This document shows, piece after piece, positions 1-31,279 of a stretch of 64,000 bases of DNA. The stretch is from Chrysomallon squamiferum (Eukaryota; Animalia; Mollusca). Each line of letters starts with the position of its first letter. The first letter of the stretch is position 1. The notes beneath the pieces were generated by a model. That model ran no database searches and had not been told where the DNA came from. It was given only the letters and a program-made list of their open reading frames with translations. The stretch is taken from positions 4,898,001 to 4,962,000 of the forward strand of contig CM022668.1 of assembly GCA_012295275.1 (NCBI GenBank), written 5' to 3'. The translations under genes and the position numbers were made by a program.

Positions 1-41
<41 letters not shown>

Positions 42-579
42 TATTTTGTCGTACTTTTCTAATGGCCTGTAACTCTTTTGTTGATTTACATGATGTGAAA
101 TTGTCTATACACGTGGGTGTTTGTTTAAAATAATAAATAAATTTATTCACTCATATAAGACTGATGCTGCTAGTGAATAATTAATTTAGGTTGACATATT
201 ATTTTAGATGCATCTTGTTAGTGTAACCTATCGCGACTGTCACGTGACAAAGTGAAATATCTCTGATATGACGTAGAAAAGAAAATACAATAATGAAAAA
301 AATAGAAGTGTAATCCATTTTGATGAAAATACACTAATCAATAACGTGATCACCTTCACACAAAGCAAGGTCACGTAGACTGTGTCACTTTCAGATGTTA
401 CAGTCATCGCTCTGTTTTTAAATTTATAAAATATCTATCCACTGATCTAAGACCCATGCCGCTAACGCAAAATTAATTTTGGTCGGCAGATGTTGAGTTT
501 TCTTCATATTAATATGGTAAATATCATAGGATGTAACCATCTTGTTATTACTATTATTATTATTATTATTATTGTTATT

Positions 580-621
<42 letters not shown>

Positions 622-867
622 GCTCTTGTTGATGTGGCTGTTATTGTTATTATTCTTTTATAAGAGATACTGACTTCGATGATGGTGAAGATTTTGCTAT
701 AGACATTATTAATATAACACATCACGATTGTCACGTGACTTGTTATGACCTTCACTGAGAAAAGGTTTACACGAAAACAGGACAACCCCAATAAAACTGA
801 CACGTCACGTAGTAGAGTCCACTGTACCTCAGACTCTCCTTCGTATGTTATTCCATTATACCAGAAC

Positions 868-1135
<268 letters not shown>

Positions 1136-1644
1136 CATGTGGGTGGAATGCCCAAATATCTCAATATTTTAAGTTCGCATTTGAATATGTAATAAAATAG
1201 TAAAGAAAAGAAAAGAAAAGAAAAAGAAACTGAATGTAATAATCTGTGTTACTATTAGCTTCAGTTTGAACCTAGGTGCATGTTAAGAGAATTCTTAAAA
1301 GAAAGTTGAATAAGTCATTTCATTTATCTCAGTATAAATGAAAGGATACACATCAGTATTGTCCAATCAGTTGACATGAACTTACCATAGCAGCACACAT
1401 GATTTGGAGCATTATCATTATATATACATGCATACACATACAAACGTAAACGTGTGTACATACACAGACAATAAATAGATAAATAAAAATTTAGTAAAAC
1501 AGAAAGTAAGTATTATTTTCACAAAACCCTAAAATAATTTTCATTAATCGACATAAGCTTAAAAATAAATAATGTTTTCGACATAGTTAAAATAGAAAGC
1601 ACTCACAGCATATATTGCATCAAAACACAGTAATGTCGTCTATT

Positions 1645-1744
<100 letters not shown>

Positions 1745-1790
1745 ACAGATACGAATCCTAACCACTAGACCACATCAGAAACTCTTGAAT

Positions 1791-2043
1791 TACCGGACCA
1801 ATTATCCGGCGTCCTGAAATCCAGAAAGACTAGAAAACCGGAAGTTTTTTCCCCGACGCTATTTTCAAAGATCGCGCGCGCGGGTGTTGTCCTCACCAGA
1901 CCGGAACTACTCTTTCAAGCCGCGTGGCGTTCATTCACTCGCCGCATTGTTTACATGTCGAGTCGCCACAGTTGTGTATCGTCAATTTTCTTTATGTTTT
2001 TATAAAACTCCCCAAGGAGTCCGGATAATTGGTCCGGCATCTG
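1791..2043. mobile_element. Internally deleted copy of the same MITE
   Basis: TACCGGACCAATTATCCGG ... CCGGATAATTGGTCCGGCATCTG|TA; lacks the stretch present at about 46101-46190 and a few terminal bases. Confidence 0.7.
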
Positions 2044-2101
2044 TATTATGAAACTTTACAGTTTACAAATACATGAATTTCGAAAAACAAACAAAAACAT
2101 T

Positions 2102-2167
<66 letters not shown>

Positions 2168-2168
2168 C

Positions 2169-2204
<36 letters not shown>

Positions 2205-2449
2205 AACCTCTTTCAGACCTCAAGCCCAAAATCAAGAATACAACAAATAAAACTAATTTTAAAAATTCACATGTTGGGAACTCAATCCGGGCCATAAATA
2301 AAATGAATAAATAAATGAATTTACTTTCGAACATTTTGACATTCGTGTGTGTATCTACTTAGCATAATGTAGTCAGTTGTTTATAATGTGACATAAACAC
2401 GATAAACAAAACGATAGGCCTAGGCCTAGATAGATAGATAGATACATAT

Positions 2450-2498
<49 letters not shown>

Positions 2499-3243
2499 AA
2501 GATAGGCGGATAGATAGATAGATAGATAATTTTATTATTCATCATCGCTTTATAAACTTTATTTCGAACCTCCGAGATAAAACGAGATTTGAATTCGCAA
2601 TCAGGAAACTATGTAAGCATTAACCCTGTCTTCTTCAGAATGTGTCATAAAGAAAGTTAACGTCTATTCAGATCGAGCCGAAGTGTGTCGACTCGCTGAA
2701 GCAAATGTGAAAAAGGGCGTGAATGAAATTGTTGTGAAGCAGTTACCGAAGTGCATCGATCCGGATTCGATGACGTAAAATAACAGTAAACTTGTTACAA
2801 GGTCATCTACAAGGAAATGTTGCATAGTGTGGTGAGATGGGGACATTTACCACTCGTATAAACTATCTACGATTTGGTTGAAGTTACGTTTGTTATTGTC
2901 TTCCCCCCCACTATTCTATATTTGTAAATTAAGCATATTATTTTTTGCAACTTTAAAAAAAGAATTAAACAGGGCCCGTAAGTTAAGTTTTGCGCAACAA
3001 TTGTGAGGTCACTGTCGCTGCAGGTGTCCGGTGTATCGACAAAATAACGCTCTAAGTATTATTGTACTTATAAACCTATTAAACTATTATATATTCCTTT
3101 AATAAATAATTAAGACATTAATCGTCGTTATATTTTGTTTATTTGGTCTTTTTTTTAAATTATTATTTTACTATTTTTTGTTTGTTTGTTTTAGAGTTAT
3201 TAGGAAGACCTTGAAACACAGAAAAAAGAGAAATTGTTTGTTA

Positions 3244-3278
<35 letters not shown>

Positions 3279-4180
3279 GTTATTATTACTATTGTTATTA
3301 TTATTATTATTTAAGTGTGATGAAAGACAAAATTCATGCATCATTGAATATTTTACAAAGATGTATGTATTCATGTAGGCGTGTGTACTTAGGAATGTGT
3401 GTACGTTTATATGTAGGTATGTGTTTTTGTGCGTTTCCAAGGATGTATACTAAAATATTTTTGGAAATTATAAATGAAATGACTAATAACCTTGATAAAT
3501 GAATGAGTGAATTACTGTATGGACGAACGAATGAAAAACAAAGAAATAAAATTTGAAAGGAGATAAATAAAATATAAAATGGAATGGAATAAAATAACAC
3601 TCAAATATTAATCCTCTTAACCAAACTTGATCTATGTCCAAAAAACAGTTACGTCTAACCTTCACTAGTTTGTACTATTAAAGTTCTAGACAACTGAACA
3701 AAAAACACACGAAGAGACAGGACAAACAACACAAACACGTCACGTAGGCTGCGGCATGTTTCTCTGTGTACGTGGGGACACGTGCATGTGTGCCTGTGTG
3801 CGTGTGCAAGAGTTTGTTTTTAACCAATAATAAAAATGTAAGCACTGATGTATGCACTGATCTGAGACCCATGCTGCTAGCACACAATTAACTTTACTTG
3901 ACAGATGTTACGTATTCTGCGTGTTTGCATTTTAGTTCACAGACAAGAGACACGTCATGTAGAGTGTACCTGATTGACTTGTGATAACTTACAGTTATAC
4001 ATCAGTTCTCACCGGGAGACCATGCGCCATTGCGTGTGTGCTTAGATGTTTGTTTAAAACAATACGATATGTATCTAAGTTCCATGCTGCTAGAGCAACA
4101 TCAGTCTGTTGGCAGATGTTACGTTTTGTGCGTCTTAATTTGCTAAAGTTAAAAGTACGTAATATTAACATTATAATTTT

Positions 4181-4242
<62 letters not shown>

Positions 4243-4759
4243 TTTTATTATCATCATCATCATCATCATCATGTGGGATGAATGTAAGTATGAGCTGTAA
4301 AATCTACTGTATGCTTAGGGAGTCACCTCCTGTAAGAGTGTGTAGCATTTCAGTTTAATTATGACACAAGTTTGTTATATGTTACTGCTAAAGAAATTGG
4401 ACCCATAAAGATGTCTGTAGTTGAGGACCTCAGCATGTTTATAGCTGATCCTAATTATATCCTCTCTTCTCCAAATCCAGTTAAAAATATCGTTCCTACT
4501 AATTACATGATTGTGTGTCAGCGTCTAGGTATAAATGTTAAAATAAATAATTTTAAGAAAAATACTGAATGTGAAATATGATAACAGATACATTTTAGAA
4601 CTACCGTCCTGGAAATAGTTCCGATACATAAATAAATAGTGGGAAAACTTTTTAAATTCATTATTAGAAATAGAACAGTTCCCGTGATCTTGTTGAATAG
4701 AAGTTAGACGGACGTCAAAGGAAACATCTGTATTATTTGAATCAGTTACATAAGGTTAC

Positions 4760-4880
4760 CACAGCAGCACACGTCAGATGTTCCCCGCGCAGCCGTAGTC
4801 AACAGTTACAGAGCCAGTGTTACACACACAGCTTTGTACTGACAGACACTCGGAAGATTTTCCTTGTTCATCCACACAAA
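4760..4880 (-). pseudogene. Frameshifted orphan six-Cys exon
   Basis: tttcag|xCVDEQGKSSECLSVQSCVCNTGSVTVDYGCAG(+1 G)TSDVCCC|gtaacc. It is 121 nt versus 120 in intact paralogs. Confidence 0.75.
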
Positions 4881-5951
4881 CTGAAAGAAAAATTAGAGAG
4901 GAAAAAACTCATTGAAAGAGAAAGTTACTTTCTCTCTGATTCTATCTTTATATACTTCTTTCTCTAACACCTCTCTGAATCATTTGACTTAAAATTGGAA
5001 TAATGTGTAAGGGAGAAATATCTATGGATGATATAAAGAACAACTTCGGCCAGATGAACAAAAATTAAATGAAATTATAAAAATAAATGCTTTAAGGGAA
5101 AAAAAATGTTTTGGTATATAGGTATCTATGTTCGTATTTATGTATGTATGTTTGTATGTATGTTTGATAAGAATATGTGTTTATGTGCATTCACACATCT
5201 AAATATCTGGACGAGTTTCATGTATTTTTCATGCAGAAACTAAATTAACACAAGATATTTGTATCTTATCTGGAATAGGAACTTCGAGGAGAAGCAACAA
5301 CAAGAAAAAAAATATAAATAAATAAAAAATAAAAATTATTATTTGAATACATCAGATAGTGAAAAGAGAAATATTTTTAATGTAGGTATATATGTATGTA
5401 TATCAGATATACAAAAGAAAAATATTTTTAATGTACGTATATATTTATGTATGTACATTTATTTACATGCATAAGGTATTTTAAAACTATAAACAGTACA
5501 ATATATTTTTGAACCTAAACTACTGTACAAAATATTTCTGAACCTATTTAAAATTATTTAGTAGCAATCCTTTCTCAAAACATACCAAGGAGGAAAAAAA
5601 CATCTAACATTTCACGAAGAACATTCTTAAACGAAATATACCATTTCAAAACATTTTAAAACATTTCTCGCTTTTTATCTGCCGAATTTAAAATTTAATA
5701 TTTTTTTTTTATTTTTTTATCTAAGTGATATATGGTACAAGATAAATTTAGTATCTGTCCTCATCGAAAGAGTCCTGACGATTCATATTTCAAAATTAGC
5801 AAATTGAAACTGAGCATTTCACGTCATCTAACTGAAGAGAAGTTGGGCGGACGTTAAAGGAAACACCTGTATAACAGTGCCGGAGATCTGGCTGCTCAAC
5901 ACAGTATAAAAGGAAAATTAGAGAAGAAAATAGAAAAGCCATTAAAATAGT

Positions 5952-6132
<181 letters not shown>

Positions 6133-6708
6133 AACTACATTCTCTCTCTCTCTCTCTCTCTACCCTGATCTCTCTCTCTCGATAAACTACAAAAACACAG
6201 ACCCCGATCGCATGCGATACAAAGACATAGACACTGACAGATGAGACAGCTGTAGCAACAGACAAACAATAAACAGACCAGTAACAATAACAATAAGAAG
6301 AAAGTAAATAAAATAATAATAAATAAGATACTAAAATTAAAGTAAAATGAAATAAACAAATAAATCAATCAATAAGACGTCGAAATGTTTCAAGCGTATC
6401 GCTTTACGATCGATTTTCTTCAGTTGTTTACTCTGTTATATCCCGCACAAGACAATCAAAACAAAAGTGATGGGTGGCTGAATATAAACTGAGAACGATT
6501 AATATTTATCGTCTGTAACACCTTTCAATGAAATTACAAAATGGCACACGCTGCTCTCGAGCGAATCCAAACAGAACAAAACATTTAGTTAAACTTTTAT
6601 TTCACTCTGTACACGTAGTCGAAATAAACAAACAATTGTAAATCTCACATTTCCATTATTCACACAGTTCGACAAAGTCATGACTACAGGAATGAGAAAA
6701 AGCTGAAA

Positions 6709-6791
6709 ATGAAATATTTTCTGATTATTTGTGTGTTGGTTCTAACATGTCTGATTGTAGCTAAGTCAGACCTGGAAAGCTGTAGTCAAAA
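6709..6791 (+). pseudogene. Decayed exon-1 copy upstream of gene A
   Basis: MKYFLIICVLVLTCLIVAKSDLESCSQ. The HWGWG block is deleted and the donor reads CTAAGT. Confidence 0.7.
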
Positions 6792-6820
6792 CTAAGTTAT
6801 TTAGTTTTTATCTATTAATA

Positions 6821-6875
<55 letters not shown>

Positions 6876-7012
6876 AGATAAAAGATAAAGTGTTTCTTTA
6901 ACACAAATATAAATTTATGAGAAGAAAGACAATGAAGCGGAAACACAAACAAAAAATTTAGTACTAGGACGAAATATAATAATAATATAAAAAATAAAAT
7001 AAAATAAAATAA

Positions 7013-7050
<38 letters not shown>

Positions 7051-7454
7051 GAATAATAATAATGATAATAATAATAATAACAAAAACAACAACAATAATA
7101 AATAAAAAAAGAATTAGAAGTAAGTAAATCAAATAATATTAAATTGAAATTATAATTATTACTAAAACTAAAACTAAATTAATAAATAAATTGTAAGAAT
7201 ATTAGAAGAGTTGTTTTCTACTGTTGATTTTTTCGCTGCTGTTACTTACTGTTTATCTCGTTCCAGGTGATCGATAGAAAAACGATGGGTGTCTGAAAGT
7301 AAACAGAAAATGAAAGACGTTTACAATAACAAACTGGTATTAAATTGAAAGATCACAGGTATAAATCTCCAGGGAGTAGAAAAACAAAACTTAATTAAAT
7401 ATTTGTAAAATCTACGTGGTATTTTTCCAATGTACACGTTGACAAATAAAATAG

Positions 7455-7461
7455 TTTATAA
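7455..7461 (+). promoter_or_regulatory. TATA-like element of gene A
   Basis: TTTATAA about 70-80 nt upstream of the ATG, positionally conserved in B (17959), D (43003), E (49074) and C even between divergent subfamilies. Confidence 0.55.
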
Positions 7462-7528
7462 GTCTCACATTTCCAGTGTTCACAGAGCTCGTCAAAATAC
7501 TGACTACAATACAGACAAAAGACTGAAA

Positions 7529-12546
<5,018 letters not shown>

Positions 12547-12594
12547 AAGACAAACCCGAGAAAGAACATTCACTCATGTTAATTATAAGAATTC

Positions 12595-12600
12595 AATAAA
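12595..12600 (+). terminator. Polyadenylation signal of gene A
   Basis: AATAAA about 50 nt after the stop; equivalent sites in B (29196), E (54100) and F (58587..58592, -). Confidence 0.6.
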
Positions 12601-13682
12601 AATGTAAACATTTTATTTCTGTTTGTTGTAATTTTTAAATGTTTTGATTCAATCATTTAGTATGGTTTTAGTTTGAAAATGTATTATTATTATTATTATT
12701 ATTATTATATTTTATTTTTTTAAAGCAATATTAAATTAGTGACAATAATTATTTTCTGAAACTTATTTGCTTATCATTTATGTGTAAAAACTGACACACT
12801 ATCTTATAATTAGGCTACTAAGAAATGTACACAATATCGAAAACAGTTATTTTCACAAGGAAATATATATTATTTGCAACATCATCAGCAAAACTAAATT
12901 TAGGAAATAATAATAATTAGAGCAGAGGCAGTTTAAACAAACTGCTTTAATGTATTGTATTGTTAATTTAATTCCAAATTACTAATGTGATCTGTTTCTT
13001 AATCGATATGGTAAAGTTGCATTAGGAACACAGGAAATAATCAGGGTGAGTTATAAACATGGTGACGTCCTAAACAATAGAAATCTTTACAGGCCCATTG
13101 TCTTGAGTGCTAACACATAATAAATTTGTGTGATAACTAAACTGAAATCTTACAGCGTCTTACTCATTGCAAGACTCTAAGCTTGCAGTAGATTTTTCAG
13201 CTGATGTCTAAATGCAGCTCTAGAAATAAAGTAACAACTGTCAGGATGCTGCTAGGGTCTTCTCTCGCCAGATGGCGCTGTTAGTAACGTTTATCATTCT
13301 ATTGATGCTGTCGCCACTAATTCCACTACTACTACTAGTACTATCAACACAAACACCACCACCAGCGCTAACATTAGTCTTATTACTACTACTACTACAG
13401 CTATTACTACTGTTACCACTACTTATACTGCTACAACTATTTATACAATTTCTGCATTACTTCTATATTACTACTACTGCAACATTACTACTGTTATAAC
13501 TGAAGACACTATTTACTATTACTGCTACCACACTATAATCATGTATGTCGTAGAATTGCAGAATTTTCAACAATTGAAAAAACATAAAATAATGATATCT
13601 CACGATATATGAATAATTACAGCAAAACGTCAACAATTTAATACTAATAAAAACAAATACAAGTACCGCTGATGAAGATATA

Positions 13683-14000
13683 TTTTATTATAGGTAAAAG
13701 CATCAATGGGGGGGGGATTTTCTTTTTTTCTTGTCTTTTTTTTTCACAAGTAAAAATATGTTTTATTACATCTGCATGTATATTTTATTACAGGTAAAAG
13801 TATATTCTTGTACAGGTAAACATTTATTTTATTACAAGTAAAAGTTTATTTTATTATAGGTAAGAGTATATTTTATTACAGGTAACAGTATATTTTGTTA
13901 CAAGTAAAACATTCTTTTGTTACAGGCAAAAGTATATTTTGTTATAGGTAAATATATATTTTATTGTAGTTCAAAGTTTATTTTATTACAGATAACAGTA
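13683..14000. repeat. Degenerate ~22-bp minisatellite (TTTTATTACAGGTAAAAGTATA-like)
   Basis: About 12 imperfect units visible. Confidence 0.75.
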
Positions 14001-14891
14001 TATATATTTTTTTCTGATCTGTTTTCAGCTGCCTGTTTTTGGATTGGCACTGAATAGAGAAAACTTACAAAAAATAAATAAATAAATAAATAAATATTAA
14101 ATCGATATTTCTATCGCAATAGAGATAGATGAATGGATGGGCATGTAGGTAGAACGTAGAATGAAATCGGGTGGATAGACATGTATGTATGTATGTATGT
14201 ATGTATATATTTATTTATATGTATATTTATCCATGTTTATGTTTAAATACTGTGTATATATCAGCATAGTAATACGGAGAAAATTATTTTTAAAAAGTAA
14301 TACTCAATCGTTGTAGGTGCTACAATATAAAATAAAAATAAAATACACCAGAAACAATTCTGAATTGTAAAAAACGTTTCCAATGAATAAAATATTTGTT
14401 TAGTGTTTTGCATGTTATAAACATTATTGTTTTATACTGTCAAATGTCAAATTTAAATTGATTGATTGTGCATCAGTTTATGTACAAATGCATCAACGTA
14501 CATTTGTGTGTTTGTATATATGTATGTATGTATGCATGTATATTTATGTATGATTATGTTTAAATACTCTCTGTACCTGTACAGTACAACGGAAAAATTA
14601 TTAAAAGAAAAGAAAAACTTACTCATTGTACGTGCTACAATATAAAAGAAATAAAATATATCAATTTTAACCAAATTTTCTACTAAATAAAATACATTTT
14701 TAGTGCTTTGCATATTATAAACACAATTATGTTATAACGTCAAATGTAAGTGCGATAAAATTCATTTATTATATATCAGTTTATGTACAAATAGATGAAT
14801 ATACGTTTCTGTGTTTGTATATATGCATATATGTATCCATATTTATATTAAAATACTGTGTATGTATCTACATGGGAATACAAAGAAAATT

Positions 14892-14934
<43 letters not shown>

Positions 14935-16268
14935 AAAAGAAGATTCGTTATACCAACTATAATATAAAACAGAAATAAAAGACCTCAGAAACAAGGCTAA
15001 ATGTAAAAAGGTTTTCTAATGCATGAGATATATTTTTAGTCTTTTGCATATTACAAATATTATTATGTCATCTAGCTGGACGGACGTCAAAGGAGACACC
15101 TGTCTCATTGTGAATGTGGGTCTGCATGATTCATACAGACAAGAAAGAAAATTAGTATCTCTCTCTCTCTCTCTCTCTCTGAGACACACACACACTCACA
15201 CGCACACGCACATAGACAGCTGAAGTCATAGAGGAAAAATTAGTGAGAAAAAAAATCATTAAGAGAGAAAGTTACTTTCTCTCTGATTCTATCTATATAT
15301 ACTTCTTTTTTCGTCTCTCTGTCTGAATCATTTTACTTAAAAGCGGAATAATGTGTAAGGGAGAAATATCTATGGATGATATAAAAGTTCGGCCAGATGA
15401 ATAAAAATTAAATGAAATTATAAAAATAATAGTAAAGAGGAAAAAGAACGCATATGTAAACATGCTTTAAGCGAAAAAAAAATATCTGTGTCTATGAACG
15501 TATGTATTTTTGTATTAATGTATGTACGTATGTATGTATGTTTGATAAGAGTATGTGTTTTTGTGCATGAACTGATATAAATATCTGTTTCATGTATTTT
15601 TCATGCAGAAACTAAATTAACACAAGATATTTGTATCTTACCTGGAAGAGGAACTTCAAAGAGAAACAACAACAAAAATATAGATAAATAAATAATAAAA
15701 ATTATTATTTTAATACATCAGGTAGTGAAAAGAAAAATATGCTTAATCTAGGTATATATCTATGTATGTAGATTTATTTACATGCATAAAGTATTTTAAA
15801 ACTATAAACAGAACAAGATACTTCTGAACCTATACTACTGTACAAACTATTTCTGAACCTATTTAAAATGATTTAGTAGAAATCCTTTCTCAGAATATAC
15901 GAAGGAGAAAAAAGCATCTAACATTTCACGAAAAACATTCTTAAACGAAATATACCATTTTAAACATTTTAAAACATTCCTCCCTTTTTATCTGCCAAAT
16001 TTAAAATTTAATAATTATTTCTTTGATCTAAGTGATATATGGTACAAGATAAATTTAATATCCGTCCTCATCGAAAGAGTCCTGACAATTCATGTTTAAA
16101 AATTAGCAAATTGAAACCGAGCGTTTCACGTCATCTTGCGGCTGGGCGGACGTTAAAGAAAACACCTGTATAATAATGCCAGACTTACACAAAATTTGTG
16201 GAGATCTGGATGATCAACACAGCAAAAAGGACAATTAGAGAAGAAAATAGAAAAGCCATTAAAATAGT

Positions 16269-16449
<181 letters not shown>

Positions 16450-16997
16450 AATAAACTATAAGTAAACTACATTAAGAAAACGTGTACCCCGATCGCCTGC
16501 GATACAAAGACATAGACACTGACAGATGAAGAGACAGCTGTACAAACAGACACATAATAAACAGACCAATAACAATAACAATAAGAATACAGTAAATAAA
16601 ATAATAATAAATAAGATACTAAAATTAAAGGAAAATGAAATAAACAAATAAATCAATAAATGAAACGTCGAAATGTTTGAAGCGTATCGCTTTACGATCG
16701 ATTTTCTTCAGTTGTTTACTCTGTTATATCCCGCACAAGACAATCAAAACAAAAGTGATGGGTGGCTGAATATAAACAGAGAACAATTAATATTTATCGT
16801 CTGTAACAGCTTTCAATGAAATTAGAAAATGGCACATGCTGCTCTCGAGCAAATAAAAACAGAACAAAACATTTAGTTGAATTTTTATTTCACTCTGTAC
16901 ACGTAGTCGAAATAAACAAACAATTGTAAATCTCACATTTCCATTATTCCCATAGTTAGACAAAGTCGTCACTACAAGAAAGAGAAAAAAGCTGAAA

Positions 16998-17113
16998 ATG
17001 AAATATTTTCTGATTATTTGTGTGTTGGTTCTATCATGTCTGAGTGTAGCAGAGTCACACCTTGAACACTGGGGGTGGGGGTATCAGAGATCGACTGAAA
17101 GCTGTAGGCAGAA
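16998..17113 (+). CDS. Intact extra exon 1 upstream of gene B (possible alternative first exon)
   Basis: MKYFLIICVLVLSCLSVAESHLEHWGWGYQRSTESCRQK, 116 nt, phase-2 GTAAGT donor, compatible with exon 2 at 19304. Confidence 0.5.
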
Positions 17114-17227
17114 GTAAGTTATTTTTTATCTATTAGTCGACTAGAAACAAACACTGGCAAATCTCACATTTCCATTATTCACACAGTTCGACAAAGTCGT
17201 CACTACAGGAAATATAAAAAACTGAAA

Positions 17228-17309
17228 ATTAAATATTTTCTGATTATTTGTGTGTTGTTCTAATGTGTTTGATTGTAGCTAAGTCACACCTTGAAAGCTG
17301 TAGTCAAAT
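17228..17309 (+). pseudogene. Decayed exon-1 copy upstream of gene B
   Basis: ATG changed to ATT, same internal deletion as the 6709 copy, donor TTAAGT. Confidence 0.65.
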
Positions 17310-17336
17310 TTAAGTTATTTAGATTTTATCTATTAA

Positions 17337-17395
<59 letters not shown>

Positions 17396-18032
17396 AGATA
17401 AAAGATAAAGTGTTTCTTTAACACAAATATAAATTTATGAGAAGAAAGACAATGAAGCGGAAAGAGATGGTATTTCTTTAACACAAATAAAAATTTAGTA
17501 CTAGGACCATATATAATAATAATATATAAAAAAAAAAAAAAAAAAAATAATAATAATAATAATAATAACAACAACAACAATAACAACAAAAACAACAATA
17601 ATAAAAAAAAAAAAGAATTACAAGTAAGTAAATCAAATAATATTAAATAGAAATTATAATTAATACTAAAACTAAAACTAAATTAATAAATAAATTGTAA
17701 GAATATTAGAAGAGTTGTTTTCTACTGTTGATTTTTTCGCTGCTGTTACTCACTGTTTATCTCGTTCCAGGTGATCGATAGAGAAACGATGGGAGTCTGA
17801 AAGTAAACAGAAAATGAAAGACGTTTACAATAACAAACTGGTATTAAATTGAATGATGAAAGGTCTAAATCTCCAGGGAGTAGAAAAACAAAACTTAATT
17901 TTATATTTTTAAAATCTACGTGGTATTTTTCCACTGTACACGTTGACAAATAAAATAGTTTATAAGTCTCACATTTCCAGTGTTCACAGAGCTCGTCAAA
18001 ATACTGACTACAATACAGAGAAAAGACTGAAA

Positions 18033-29151
<11,119 letters not shown>

Positions 29152-29254
29152 AAGACTGGAGAAAGAAAATTCAGTGATGTTAATGACAAGAAATCAATAA
29201 AAATGTGAAAATATTACTTCTCTTTATTTTAATTTTCTATTAAATAATTTATAA

Positions 29255-29300
<46 letters not shown>

Positions 29301-29789
29301 TTATTTTATTTTTAAACTAAGATTAAATTAGTAGCAATAATTATTTTCGTAAAATTATTTGCTTTAGCATTTACATGTAAAAACTGACACACTATCTTAT
29401 AATTATGCTACTGAGAAATGTACACTGTATTGTAGACAATTATTTTCACAATGAAACATATAATATTATTTGCAATATCATCAGCAATTTTAAATTTAGA
29501 AAATAATAATAATAATTGCAGCAAAGGCAGTTTAAACAAACTGCTATTGTGTACTATATTGTTAATTTAATTGCAAATTTCTAACGTGAGCTATGTCTAA
29601 AATGATTTACATGAAGAACAGATAATCAGGGTGATTTATAAATATGGTGACGTTCTAAACTGTAGAAATCTGTTTAGGCCCAATGTCTTTAGCACTATCG
29701 CATAATAAAGTTGTTTGATAACTAAACTGAAATCGTACAGGCTCTAACAGGATGTTAATAACTAACTGAACTGGTCAATAATAAATTCA

Positions 29790-29925
29790 GTAGTAGTAAC
29801 AATAGTAGTAGAGTTCTAATAGAGGTTACAGTAGTAGTAGGAATAGTAGTAGAATTCTAATAGAGGTTACAGTAGTAGTAGGAATAGTAGTAGAATTCTA
29901 ATAGAGGTTACAGTAGTAGTAGTAA
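29790..29925. repeat. 39-bp tandem repeat, about 3 copies
   Basis: AGTAGTAGTAGGAATAGTAGTAGAATTCTAATAGAGGTTAC-like unit repeated. Confidence 0.8.
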
Positions 29926-31175
29926 TAGTGGTGTAGAAAACAGCAGTAGTAGTAGAACTAGCAGAACATCATGGCAATCTGTCATTATTAGTAGTAAAAT
30001 ACTACTAGAGTCTTCTTTACATATATAGCATTTATTTAACTTATTTGTTCAGTCTAAAATCTCTGTATATGTGATTAGTGTGTGCATTTTCTAACATCTC
30101 TGTCTGTACAGTAATGTCCTACGAAAACGGATATTATTATGGTGGCTTGGCACCCTGAACTTTACTTATCTATATTATATTATATTATATTATATTATAT
30201 TATATTATATTATATTATATTATATTATATTATATTATATTATATCGTATTACATTATATGAGTAAAATAAATAAAAAATAGCGTTAAGTAAAGTAAAAT
30301 AAAAATTAAATTGAAGACAAGTGAAGTAAGTAATAATTAAGTAAAAATAAATAAATAAAGAAAGAACTTCTAAAGTAAATTAATCAAAAGTAAAATAAAT
30401 AAGGTAAACCATAGTAAAATGAAAATAAAATATAAACAATAATAGAAATAAAAAGAACAAAAACAGAAACGAAACTTATCCAAACTTAGGTGTCATTTAT
30501 TTTGTCAGATTGTAAAATACATAAATTTAAAGTGTTTCTGCAATGGTATGAAGAAAATCGTCTAATAAAATGATTGATATTTCCTAATTTGTATCTGTTT
30601 TATTTGAGGCGATCTATCATCTATGATGAACTCTGACAATGATTTATTGCGCATCTGCTTATGTACAAATATTGTAACATTAGTGCGTAGGTATATATGT
30701 ATGTATACGTGTATGTCTGTACCTATATGTATGACCATTTATGTTCCAATACAGTGTGTTTATCTATAGAGGAAAGCACATGAAAAGTACTTCCGAGGTA
30801 TTTTATTATTATATTTTATTATGAGTAATGACACATTGCTCAGATAATGAAAGAGTAGGCTGGCACTACAGATTATTTATTTTAGAAGGTTCATTCGTAC
30901 CGTAGACAACAATCGTATTAATTAATATAAATACGAAATTTAAAAAACTTTGCTATTGAGAACAAAGAAAATCATTAAAAAATAACAATAATAAAAAATA
31001 ACATCCCCAAAAATAACACTAATGAACAATTAGAAAATGAACATTAAATAAATAAATAAATTAAATAAAATAATAACGAAAGAAAGAACAAACAGATGAG
31101 AAAACAAGAACAAGAACAAAAACATTAAGTTTTAACAGCGAAGTTAATTTCAAACAACAAAATAAATAAATTTAC

Positions 31176-31279
31176 CTTTGAGTGCAGTTGTCTCAGAAAT
31201 GTCTGCCCCACCAACTTCCATGTGACTCCACTGTAGTGAAACATGCTACGACGACGGAGATAAGTAGAAATATTTTCAT
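31176..31279 (-). pseudogene. Orphan E-type exon 1 with nonsense mutation
   Basis: MKIFLLISVVVACFTTVESHGSWWGRHF*DNCTQR; TGG changed to TGA; donor GTAAAT retained. Confidence 0.75.

Noticed and set aside
13265-13280. CTCF-like motif TCGCCAGATGGCGCTG between A and B
   Set aside because: Single occurrence, absent from the paralogous flank of B; cannot be supported without binding data.
13272-13499. Hydrophobic 75-aa ORF
   Set aside because: Derived from degenerate (CTA)n low-complexity sequence, with no splice or paralog support.
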